Positions 9,664 through 18,138 of a DNA stretch of 39,908 bases are shown here, in pieces. Numbering within the stretch: position 1 is the stretch's first letter; every line of letters starts with the position of its first letter. The notes below the pieces were generated by a model. That model did no database searches. It saw only the letters and a list, made by a program, of their open reading frames with translations, and had not been told where the DNA came from. The position numbers and the translations under genes are program-made. Location of the stretch: the IMG/VR virus record IMGVR_UViG_3300038673_000134, positions 1 through 39,908 of that record. One strand, 5' to 3'. This stretch comes from a virus. Its lineage: Duplodnaviria > Caudoviricetes.

Positions 9664-9963
9664 ATGACCGCGATCTACCTGGAGCAGGACGGAGACCGTT
9701 ATACGGTTTCGGCCCAGGGGCACGCCACCGGCAGCATGGAAGTGTGCGCGGCCGTCTCGACGCTGCTCTACACCCTGGACGCATTTCTTCACAACACCAC
9801 CGCAGACGTCATGCTTGAACGACTGGAGCCGGGAGACGCGCTGATTGTGTTTGCCGGCGGAGCGGAGGCCGCGACCGCTTTTGACTTTGTGACCGTCGGC
9901 TTTATGCAGTTGGCCGCATCAGACCCGGCCACGATCAAGGCGGAAGCAAAAATAATTTCATAA
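9664..9963 (+). CDS. Prp-like (DUF464) cysteine protease
   Basis: GHA...VCAAVS His/Cys dyad motif of ribosomal protein L27-processing protease. Confidence 0.85.
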   Translation: MTAIYLEQDGDRYTVSAQGHATGSMEVCAAVSTLLYTLDAFLHNTTADVMLERLEPGDALIVFAGGAEAATAFDFVTVGFMQLAASDPATIKAEAKIIS

Positions 9964-9976
9964 TTTTCATGTTTTA

Positions 9977-10008
9977 TGGGCGACTTTTGTTTTTTTGCCT
10001 GATACGCT
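9977..10008 (+). promoter_or_regulatory. putative late promoter 2 (upstream of scaffold/capsid)
   Basis: TGGGCGA-N16-TGATACGCT. Confidence 0.6.
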
Positions 10009-10019
10009 GATACTGTCCT

Positions 10020-10088
10020 CCTGCTACACCACGCAAAGGGGCCGGGGAAAGGCCACCTGTAGGCCCTCCCCGCCCTGGTGTAGTCAGG
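10020..10088 (+). promoter_or_regulatory. long structured 5' leader hairpin
   Basis: ctacacc/ggtgtag, aggg/ccct, cgggga/tccccg, ggcc/ggcc nested stems. Confidence 0.5.
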
Positions 10089-10141
10089 TACAAGACACAG
10101 CGACACGGCGCTTACAATACCGCGATAAGGAGGAAATCTCT

Positions 10142-11149
10142 ATGTACATCAAGCATTTGCTTGCTATCAACCTGCACCTGTTCGACGGCGGAGCCGCCGG
10201 CGCAGGCGGAGGCGAGGGGGCGGCAGCTCCCGCTGATGGCGGCACTCCGGGCGATACCAAAGCAGGCTCTGTGAACACCCAGCAGAGCAAAAAAACGGGC
10301 GATCTTTCCAACGTGAAGTACGGGAAGCAGGAAGCCGACACGACCGCTGCCGGCGCCGCGTCTACCGTGCAGGCCCCTGCCGCCGAGGGAGCCAAAACGG
10401 GCGTGACTGTCACGTCCGACACTCTGGAGGCACGTCAGGCAAAGTTTGACGAGCTTATCAACAGCGACGAGTTCAAGGATATTTACACCAGGCGCACCCA
10501 GGAAATGATCGACCGCCGCTTTGCAAAGTCCAAAGCCGCCGAGGCCGAGAACGTCAAGCTGCGCGAGATCGCGGATATGCTGGGCCAGAAGTACGGCATC
10601 AAGGAAGATGGCGACTTCTCCAAGCTGAAAGCCGCCATTGAGGGCGACGACACCACCTGGGCGGACGCAGCAGACGAAGCCGGCATGACCGTGGAGCAGT
10701 ACAAGAAGTTCAATGCTTTGCAAAGACGGAATGCGGCCTTTGAAGCTGCCCGGCAGAATGACCTTGCGCAGCAGCAGATCCGCCAAAAGGCTGAACGCTG
10801 GATGCGAGAAGCGCAGGCCTTAAAGGCCAAGTTCCCCCAGTTCGACTTGAAAACGGAGCTGTCCGACCGCAACTTCATGGCTGCGATCAATGCGGGCGTC
10901 CCGATGGAAATGGTCTATAAGGGTAAGTATTACGATCAGCAGCTGACCGAGGCTACCCAGGCCACCGCAAAGACCACCGAAAAGAACCTGGTAGACAATA
11001 TCCGCGCCAAGGGCAAACGCCCCGCTGAAAATGGAGCAGCCGGCCAGAGTGCAGCGTTCACCATCAAGAACGATCCCAGTAAGTTGACGCTTGCCGACTT
11101 CGACGAGATCGCACGCCGCGTTGCACACGGAGAAAAGATCAGCTTTTAA
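10142..11149 (+). CDS. capsid scaffolding protein
   Basis: RBS AAGGAGG, N-terminal NLHLFDG leader, low-complexity then helical body, immediately before capsid gene. Confidence 0.75.
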   Translation: MYIKHLLAINLHLFDGGAAGAGGGEGAAAPADGGTPGDTKAGSVNTQQSKKTGDLSNVKYGKQEADTTAAGAASTVQAPAAEGAKTGVTVTSDTLEARQAKFDELINSDEFKDIYTRRTQEMIDRRFAKSKAAEAENVKLREIADMLGQKYGIKEDGDFSKLKAAIEGDDTTWADAADEAGMTVEQYKKFNALQRRNAAFEAARQNDLAQQQIRQKAERWMREAQALKAKFPQFDLKTELSDRNFMAAINAGVPMEMVYKGKYYDQQLTEATQATAKTTEKNLVDNIRAKGKRPAENGAAGQSAAFTIKNDPSKLTLADFDEIARRVAHGEKISF

Positions 11150-11201
11150 GCGATCCACTCCCCTTCGTGCAGCGCCAACACTACGAAAGGGAGTTAATAC
11201 C

Positions 11202-12479
11202 ATGAAAAATCTGAAAGACCTTTTCCTGCTGCCGTACATCTGCTTGAGCCTGTTTGACGGCAACACCAACACCACCGGGGACGGCGACCTGTCCGGCGAA
11301 ATGAAAACGTACTACAGCACGTATCTCATTCGCCTTGCGGAACCCCTGCTTGTGCATGACCAGTTTGGCCAGAAGCACCCCATCCCCAAGAACGGCGGCA
11401 AGATCATCGAGTTCCGCAAGTATGACAGCCTGCCCAAGGCCCTCACCCCCCTGACCGAGGGCGTCACCCCCAACGGCCAGAAGCTCAAAATGTCCACCAT
11501 CTCCGCGACCGTCGCCCAGTACGGCGGCTACGTCGAGCTGTCTGACGTTCTGATGCTGACCGCCATCGACAACAACCTGATGGAGGCCACCCGCGTGATC
11601 GCGGAGCAGGGCGCCAAGACCCTGGACACCATCACTCGCGAAGTCCTCAACGGCGGCACCAACGTGCAGTACGGCGAGGGCAGCAAGTCCTACCGTTATC
11701 TGCTGGTTGGCGGCGCTGCCTCCGGCAACGACTACCTCACCATTGACGCCGTGCGTCGCGCTGTCCGCTTCCTGAAAGTCATGAACGCCCGCCGGATCAA
11801 CGGCGACTTCGTTGGCATTATCCACCCGGACGTTGCCTATGACCTCATGAGCGACACCAAGTGGGTGAACGTCAAGACCTACTCCGATCCGTCCGGCATC
11901 TACCAGGGCGAGATCGGCAAGATCGAGGGCTGCCGCTTCGTGGAGACCACCGAGGCAAAGGTGTTCCACGCGGAGAACCTGACCGAGGACGCCCGCAACC
12001 TGACCGTTGCAAGCTGGACTGCCGCGACGAAGGTGCTCGCGGTCGACGAGGCCATCACCGCCGACGAGGCTACCGCGCTTGCCGGACGCAAAATCATCCT
12101 TCACGATGACAGCCACGATGAACTGGCTACCATCGCATCCGCGACCGCTGGTGCGGCTGGCGCTGCGTCTCTGACGCTCTCCGCCGTGCCCACCAACGCC
12201 CCCGCAGACGGCGACAAGGTGTATCCGGGCGAGGCTGGCGCGGCCGGCCGCGACGTGTACTCCACCCTGATCCTTGGCTCCGACGCCTACGGCGTGACCG
12301 AGATCACAGGCGGAGGCCTCCAGCACATCGTCAAGCAGCTGGGCAGCGCCGGCACCGCCGACCCGCTGGATCAGCGTGCGACCTGCGGCTGGAAAGCCAC
12401 AAAGGTTGCCGAGCGCCTGGTTGAGCAGTATATGATCCGCGTGGAGACTGCTTCCACCTTTGCGGCCGGCGCCAACTAA
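11202..12479 (+). CDS. major capsid protein, N4-gp56-like
   Basis: QFGQKHPIPKNGGKIIEFRKY, LTEGVTP, QYGGYVELSD, GEIGKIEGCRFVET, DPLDQRATCGWK. Confidence 0.9.
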   Translation: MKNLKDLFLLPYICLSLFDGNTNTTGDGDLSGEMKTYYSTYLIRLAEPLLVHDQFGQKHPIPKNGGKIIEFRKYDSLPKALTPLTEGVTPNGQKLKMSTISATVAQYGGYVELSDVLMLTAIDNNLMEATRVIAEQGAKTLDTITREVLNGGTNVQYGEGSKSYRYLLVGGAASGNDYLTIDAVRRAVRFLKVMNARRINGDFVGIIHPDVAYDLMSDTKWVNVKTYSDPSGIYQGEIGKIEGCRFVETTEAKVFHAENLTEDARNLTVASWTAATKVLAVDEAITADEATALAGRKIILHDDSHDELATIASATAGAAGAASLTLSAVPTNAPADGDKVYPGEAGAAGRDVYSTLILGSDAYGVTEITGGGLQHIVKQLGSAGTADPLDQRATCGWKATKVAERLVEQYMIRVETASTFAAGAN

Positions 12480-12553
12480 TCTGAAACCCGTTAAGGGGGG
12501 CGGCTCTGCGACGCATCCGCCCCTATCGCCTTAAATGAAGGAGGTAATTACCT

Positions 12554-12979
12554 ATGGCAACCGATACCAAGACCAAAGCAGAGGAGACCAAGGCAGCTGC
12601 TCCCGCAGCGCCCGCCGAAGCCCCCGCTCCTACCATTGACATGGAGGCCATTAAGGCCCAGATCAAGGCAGAGCTTCTGGCAGACATGAAGAAAGAGGCC
12701 GCAAAGGCGCCGGCAGAAGCGCCCGCCCCCGTGCCTGCCATCGACCCGAACAACGACAAGGTTGAATTTCTGGCATTCAAGGACAACGACAAGTACAAGG
12801 ACGATATTACCGTCTGCGTCAACGGCCGCGTATTCAAGATCCAGCGCGGCAAGCGCGTGCTCATTCCTCGCTACGTCGCCGCCGTCCTGGAGAACAGCCA
12901 GGATCAGGACACCCGCACGGCCAACCTCATTGAAAGTGAAGTCGAGGCCTACAACGTCGCCAGCAAGACGATGGGCTGA
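12554..12979 (+). CDS. hypothetical head-associated protein
   Basis: RBS AAGGAGG; APAEAPAP repeated twice; VCVNG..IQRG..V.IP C-terminal domain. Confidence 0.7.
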   Translation: MATDTKTKAEETKAAAPAAPAEAPAPTIDMEAIKAQIKAELLADMKKEAAKAPAEAPAPVPAIDPNNDKVEFLAFKDNDKYKDDITVCVNGRVFKIQRGKRVLIPRYVAAVLENSQDQDTRTANLIESEVEAYNVASKTMG

Positions 12980-13034
12980 TCTCCGGCGGAATTGAATATC
13001 TTACCGCGATACTGAAACCAAACGGCACTACGAC

Positions 13035-13073
13035 ACGGCGTAGAGGGCATTTCTTGACCCTCTGCGCCGTTTT
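13035..13073 (+). terminator. hairpin/terminator between head genes and tail fibre
   Basis: acggcgtagaggg / ccctctgcgccgt 13-bp stem followed by ttt. Confidence 0.55.
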
Positions 13074-13099
13074 CCATTCCACAGAAAGGAGCAAACCAC

Positions 13100-15496
13100 A
13101 TGAGCACAAGAACTGTACCCGTGCAGGTGAACAACGAGTATATCAGGGGCGCCTGTGTGCCGGTTGGCGCCGCCGGCAGCCACAACGATGTTGTGCTGGA
13201 GATCACTTTCTCCGCGCTATGGGACGGCCTTGCAAAGAAAATCACCTGGCTTGACGCCAAAGGCGCGAACCCGACGCTTACCATTATCACGGCAGATATG
13301 CTCAAAGCCGGCGAGACCAGCGTGTACCTGGTAAAGATCCCGGCAGAACCGAAAGCATACGCCGGCGACATGACTATGACCATCAAGGGCGCCACGGTTT
13401 TTGACGGCGTGGAGACGCGGGCCACCTTATCCACAAGCTGCACATTCCGCGTGCTTCCCTCCTCCTACGACAGCAGCGCAGATGAGAGCGGAGACGTGAC
13501 GCCCACCCAGGCAGAGCAGCTCCAGGCGGAGATTGACACCATCATCGGAACGATCTCCGAAGCAGCGGCCAGCGCCACTGCGGCGGCCGGCAGCGCAGCA
13601 GACGCAGCAGAGGACGCCACGCTTTCCGAGAGCTGGGCCGTTGGAGGTACGAATACCCGCGCCGGAGAGGACACCAACAACGCGCATTATTGGAGCATTG
13701 TTGCCCAGGGCGCAGCCGCAGGCGGCGTGAGCACGTTCAATGGGAGATCCGGCGCCGTTGTGCCGGCCAGCGGAGACTATACACCGGCCCAGGTTGGCGC
13801 AGACGCAGCAGGAAGCGCCGCAGCGGCACTTGCAAGCGCCAAGAGCTACGCTGACGGCCTCGCTGGGAATTACGACGCCTCCGGCGCGGCGGCCGCCGTA
13901 CAGAGCGATCTGAACGACCACACGGGCAATACCTCCAATCCGCACGGCGTCACAAAAAGCCAGGTTGGCCTTGGCAGCGTTCCCAACGTGGCGACTAACG
14001 ACCAGACGCCCACCTATTCCCAGGCCGGAACCCTGGCAAACCTCTCCAGCGGAGAAAAACTGTCCGTTTCGCTTGGCAAGATCATGAAAGCCATTGCTGA
14101 CTTCATCACCCACAAGAACAGCACCAGCAACCCACACGGCGTGACGGCGGCCCAGGCCGGCGCAGATCCGAGCGGAACGGCCGCAAGCGCCATATACACG
14201 CACAACGGCGCGACGGACGCGCACAGCAGTCTGTTCAAGTATTTCGGCTTAAAACCGCAGATCGTCGTCACGGCGCCCACCGGATCCAACGTCACCTGTA
14301 CCAAGGGCACCACCACGCTGACGGCCGCCGAGAGCAGCGGCACGTGGACGTTTAACGTGCCGGAATACGGCACATGGACGGTGAACGCAACCCAGAGCGG
14401 CAACAGCGCCAGCAAGAGCGTGGCCGTGGACACCGTGAAGCAGTACAGCGTGGCGCTGGCCTATTACCACATCTACGGCGTGGAATGGGACGGAACCTCC
14501 AGCACGGCCCTTTCCCGCACGGACGACGCGGAGCTGTTCGCGGATCCGTCGCCGGCTGTGAGCAGCGGCAACGGCAGCAGCCCCTTCGACAGCCTTCTGC
14601 CCTGGTCTGGCATGGTGAAAGATACCCGCAATGGCAGCGTAATGGTCAAGATCCCGAAATTCTGGTTTAAGTGGACGAAAACGGGCAGCAAACTCAAATT
14701 ACAGATCGCGGACGCGGCCGTTTCCGGCTTCTCCGTTTCCCCAGCGCACATGGATCGCGGTGACGGCAGCGGCGAACGCGATTATGTGTATGTCGGCCGC
14801 TACCATTGCGGAAGCAGCGCATACAAATCCGTGTCCGGCCAGTCTCCAAAAGCAAATATCACCCGCAGCGCAGCGCGGACGGCCATTCACAATCTGGGCA
14901 CGACCACATGGCAGATGGATTACGCCATGCGCCTGACGATCCAAATGCTGTACCTTGTGGAATACGCCGACTGGAACAGCCAGGCGAAGATCGGCTACGG
15001 CTGCGGCAACAACAGCGCCGCGCAGTCTATGGGCTACACCGACAGCATGACCTATCACACCGGCACGACGCAGAGCGCCAGGACGACCTACGGCCTCGGC
15101 ACGCAGTATCGCTGGATTGAGGGCCTTTGGGATAACGTCTATGACTGGATGGACGGCTGCTATTACAACGGAAGCGGCCTGAATATCATCAAGAACCCCG
15201 CCAATTTCAGCGACAGCGCCAACGGAACGGCCGTTGGCGCACCCAGCAGCGGCTATCCCAAGGTTATGAATATCTCCGCCGTTTCCGGCTTTGAATGGGT
15301 TATGTACCCCACTACTGCCGATGGAGGAGACAGCACCTACATTCCCGATTACTGGTACTTCAACTCGTCCAGCCCGTGCCTGCTCGTGGGCGGTAACTAT
15401 TACCAGGGCCAGAATCACGGGCTTTTCTACGTGTACTGCGACGGCACTTCGAGCGCGAACGCGTACATCGGCTGCCGCCTCCAAGAACTCCCCTGA
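13100..15496 (+). CDS. tail fibre / receptor-binding protein, DGR target
   Basis: BppU-like N-terminus, two H..NTSNPHGVT fibre repeats, Ig-like segment, C-terminal CLec-like domain ending IGCRL carrying the variable repeat. Confidence 0.85.
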   Translation: MSTRTVPVQVNNEYIRGACVPVGAAGSHNDVVLEITFSALWDGLAKKITWLDAKGANPTLTIITADMLKAGETSVYLVKIPAEPKAYAGDMTMTIKGATVFDGVETRATLSTSCTFRVLPSSYDSSADESGDVTPTQAEQLQAEIDTIIGTISEAAASATAAAGSAADAAEDATLSESWAVGGTNTRAGEDTNNAHYWSIVAQGAAAGGVSTFNGRSGAVVPASGDYTPAQVGADAAGSAAAALASAKSYADGLAGNYDASGAAAAVQSDLNDHTGNTSNPHGVTKSQVGLGSVPNVATNDQTPTYSQAGTLANLSSGEKLSVSLGKIMKAIADFITHKNSTSNPHGVTAAQAGADPSGTAASAIYTHNGATDAHSSLFKYFGLKPQIVVTAPTGSNVTCTKGTTTLTAAESSGTWTFNVPEYGTWTVNATQSGNSASKSVAVDTVKQYSVALAYYHIYGVEWDGTSSTALSRTDDAELFADPSPAVSSGNGSSPFDSLLPWSGMVKDTRNGSVMVKIPKFWFKWTKTGSKLKLQIADAAVSGFSVSPAHMDRGDGSGERDYVYVGRYHCGSSAYKSVSGQSPKANITRSAARTAIHNLGTTTWQMDYAMRLTIQMLYLVEYADWNSQAKIGYGCGNNSAAQSMGYTDSMTYHTGTTQSARTTYGLGTQYRWIEGLWDNVYDWMDGCYYNGSGLNIIKNPANFSDSANGTAVGAPSSGYPKVMNISAVSGFEWVMYPTTADGGDSTYIPDYWYFNSSSPCLLVGGNYYQGQNHGLFYVYCDGTSSANAYIGCRLQELP
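15344..15476 (+). repeat. DGR variable repeat (VR)
   Basis: 133 bp matching 15588-15720 with 12 mismatches, all opposite TR adenines. Confidence 0.95.
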
Positions 15497-15529
15497 TAGG
15501 GGAGCGTGAGGGGGCCGCAGCCCCCTCAC
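15488..15529 (+). promoter_or_regulatory. tandem hairpins 3' of VR (DGR target-recognition element)
   Basis: ctcccct-gat-aggggag (7 bp) and gtgagggggc-cgca-gccccctcac (perfect 10 bp). Confidence 0.75.
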
Positions 15530-15587
15530 AAGACCTTTCAACAATACTTGGGATTACCTGTACAAGCAGCCACGTTCTTTGTCTGCA

Positions 15588-15720
15588 CCCGATAACTGGA
15601 ACTTCAACTCGTCCAACCCGTGCCTGCACGTGGGCGGTAACTATAACCAGAACCAGAATCACGGGCTTTTCTACGTGAACTACAACGGCACTTCGAACGC
15701 GAACGCGAACATCGGCTGCC
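15588..15720 (+). ncRNA. DGR template repeat (TR)
   Basis: 12 AAC codons plus one AAT in the VR frame; 36 adenines; lies between VR and RT. Confidence 0.93.
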
Positions 15721-15872
15721 CCACCTTGCCTTTTGTGTGGCTAACACCCCTCCTCACCAATGGTACAGGTTTTCGCACGCCCCAAGGCGAAGATAAGCCG
15801 ACAGGACACGGTTTAGTACCCTCCGAAAGGAGCGAGGGAAAGATCGTGAGGCTACAAGGAGGAAAGACCCCT

Positions 15873-16982
15873 GTGAAACGAAAAGGAAATCTCTACGAAA
15901 AACTGATCTCTGATGAAAACCTGCGCCTGGCGCTGTTCACGGTGAATAAAACCCACCGCTGGCACCCAGGGCACAAGCCAAACAAGACCGTGCAGCGCGT
16001 GGAGGCCAATATTGACGGCTATGTGCGCGACCTGCGAGAGATCATCGACGACGGCTTTGTTCCCCATGCTCCAAACCTGAAAAGGCGCTGGGACAAGAGC
16101 GCCGGCAAATGGCGCGACATATCCGAACCGCGCCTTTGGCCGGATCAGTACGTACACCACGCAATGATCCAGGTGCTGGAGCCTGTTATGATGCGCGGTA
16201 TGGATCGCTTCTGCTGCGGCTCTATCCGGGGCAGAGGTATTCACTACGGCCAAAAGGCGATCAAGAAGTGGATGAAGAACGACGTCAAGGGCACGCGCTA
16301 TTGCCTGGAGCTGGATATTCACCATTTCTATGACAGCTTACAGCCGTCCGTCGTCATGGATCGCATGAAAGAGCTTGTGAAAGACCGGCGCGTGCTGGAT
16401 CTGCTGGAACGCGTAACGAAAGACGGCATTCTGATCGGCGCCTATTACAGCCAATGGTGCGCGAACACTACCCTGCAACCGCTCGACCAGATGATCCGGC
16501 AGCACGACTGCGTGAAGCATTACCTGCGCTACATGGATAATTTCACGATCTTCGGCTCCAACAAGCGAAAGCTGCACCGGCTGCTGCTGGAAATTTCCGC
16601 ATGGCTTGGCAGCAAGGGCCTTTCCGTGAAAGCAAACTGGCAGGTGTACCCCACGGCGAAGCGAATGACAACGGCCCTTGGCTACCGATACGGGCACGGC
16701 TATACCGTGCTGCGGAAGCGGAACGCCCTTCGCCTGAAACGGCGGCTTGCCCTGTGCCGGTATAAGAGGCGGCACCACCAGCGTATCATGCCGCGCTTTG
16801 CGGCCGGCCTGCTGTCACGCCTGGGGCAGCTGCGTCATTGCAGCAGCGTCGCCTTTTATCGCTTCTTCGTGATGCAAGGCTTACAGAGGTTTCTGAAAGA
16901 GATTGTGAGGGCACACGCCAGAAAGGAGCAGACAAAATGGAACGCGATTATATCTTCGGCACCACAGAACGCAACGGCCTGA
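15873..16982 (+). CDS. DGR reverse transcriptase (369 aa)
   Basis: GTG after AAGGAGG; KWRDI..P, DQYVHHA, GSIRGRG, LELDIHHFYDS, IGAYYSQ (DGR-type GxxxSQ), YLRYMDNF, LGY. Confidence 0.93.
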   Translation: MKRKGNLYEKLISDENLRLALFTVNKTHRWHPGHKPNKTVQRVEANIDGYVRDLREIIDDGFVPHAPNLKRRWDKSAGKWRDISEPRLWPDQYVHHAMIQVLEPVMMRGMDRFCCGSIRGRGIHYGQKAIKKWMKNDVKGTRYCLELDIHHFYDSLQPSVVMDRMKELVKDRRVLDLLERVTKDGILIGAYYSQWCANTTLQPLDQMIRQHDCVKHYLRYMDNFTIFGSNKRKLHRLLLEISAWLGSKGLSVKANWQVYPTAKRMTTALGYRYGHGYTVLRKRNALRLKRRLALCRYKRRHHQRIMPRFAAGLLSRLGQLRHCSSVAFYRFFVMQGLQRFLKEIVRAHARKEQTKWNAIISSAPQNATA

Positions 16983-17587
16983 CCGTTGAGAACCTTAAAA
17001 CCGTGGGAGACACCCACACAGCGCTGCCGTGCGGCAGCTTCTCCCAGGTTAGGCGCGAATACCCGGACTGCGTGATAACAGACCTGTTTCGCGTGGACGA
17101 ACAGTACAGCAGCACGGAGGCCGGCGGGATCTGCTACGACTTCTACGCCATTTCAGAGCATTGGCGGAATGTGGATAAGACGCCGGCGCTCAACAGTGCA
17201 AAGGAAGCAAGCGAAATCGCCTTTGTCACCCTGGCGGAATCCGGCAGCATCGACGCCGTGACCGCCGGAGAACACAAAGAGATATTCAGCGCATGGAAAC
17301 CTGACGTCGCCTATGTGATCGGCCAGTACAGAAACCACGGAGACAACCTGTACCGCTGCATTCAGGCGCACACGTCCCAGATAGGCTGGGAACCCGACGT
17401 TGCAGTAAGCCTTTGGACGCTTGCGGCAGACCCTGCGGAGGAATGGCCGGAGTGGAGCCAGCCCGTCGGTGCCCATGACGCATACGCTGCCAACGCCCAG
17501 GTAAGCCACAACGGGACACATTGGATCAGCACCGTTGACGCCAACGTATGGGAACCCGGCGTTTATGGGTGGACGGAGGCTGCGTGA
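16937..17587 (+). CDS. protein with two CBM5/12-like (chitin-binding type) modules
   Basis: RBS AAGGAG; AWKPDVAY..G....HG..LYRCIQAHTS...WEP and AY.....VSHNG..W.S....N.WEPG..GW; overlaps RT 3' end by 46 nt. Confidence 0.75.
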   Translation: MERDYIFGTTERNGLTVENLKTVGDTHTALPCGSFSQVRREYPDCVITDLFRVDEQYSSTEAGGICYDFYAISEHWRNVDKTPALNSAKEASEIAFVTLAESGSIDAVTAGEHKEIFSAWKPDVAYVIGQYRNHGDNLYRCIQAHTSQIGWEPDVAVSLWTLAADPAEEWPEWSQPVGAHDAYAANAQVSHNGTHWISTVDANVWEPGVYGWTEAA

Positions 17588-17793
17588 TGGGAGAATACGA
17601 TCTCGTCAGCGAGCTTTGCGACATTTGCGTTACTCTGTTGCGCGTCGTAGACGCCCAGGAAAACGCCCTGGCGCAGCTTGGAGCCGTGGCCGACGCAGAG
17701 GGCGCGGAGGAAGCGAAAACACGCCTTACGGCCTTGCAAGGACGCCTGCGACCAGGTTTCACACCACCGATGAATGGAGGGAGCGAATTATGA
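17587..17793 (+). CDS. small helical hypothetical protein (68 aa)
   Basis: TGATG and ATGA coupling to both neighbours; RBS GGAGG. Confidence 0.65.
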   Translation: MGEYDLVSELCDICVTLLRVVDAQENALAQLGAVADAEGAEEAKTRLTALQGRLRPGFTPPMNGGSEL

Positions 17794-18137
17794 AAGTAAG
17801 CGAGGCAATTTCCCAGGCAAACGACCTGCGCGACAACACCCTGACCGACGCACAGAAAGCTGCATGGCTTTTCAACCTGGACGGCGAAGTGTCCGAGATC
17901 GTCGGGCAGGACGCACCCGCAAACAGCTGGCCGGAGACCGACGCGGAGCTGCTTATGCCGGCGCCACACGACGACATTTACCCGCTATACCTGGTTGCCA
18001 TGATCGACTATTACAACCAGGAAAGCACCCTGTATGCCAACGATATGCAGGTATTCAACAGCGCCATGAACAACGCACGGGCCTGGTGGAGGCGCCACCA
18101 CCGGCCGGACAATAAAGAGTACTGGAAGGTGATGTAA
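17790..18137 (+). CDS. putative head-tail adaptor protein (115 aa)
   Basis: RBS GGAGG; helical; directly upstream of nozzle gene as in podoviruses. Confidence 0.55.
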   Translation: MKVSEAISQANDLRDNTLTDAQKAAWLFNLDGEVSEIVGQDAPANSWPETDAELLMPAPHDDIYPLYLVAMIDYYNQESTLYANDMQVFNSAMNNARAWWRRHHRPDNKEYWKVM

Positions 18138-18138
18138 G

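Noticed and set aside
15579-15872. ORF-track N-terminal extension making TR part of the RT protein (467 aa)
   Set aside because: TTG start has no RBS; strong AAGGAGG precedes GTG 15873, and the extension is just TR read in its Asn-rich frame plus spacer.
15873-16982. Group II intron, retron or Abi RT
   Set aside because: GxxxSQ motif and adjacent adenine-specific TR/VR pair identify a DGR; no intron domain V/VI or msr-msd inverted repeats seen.
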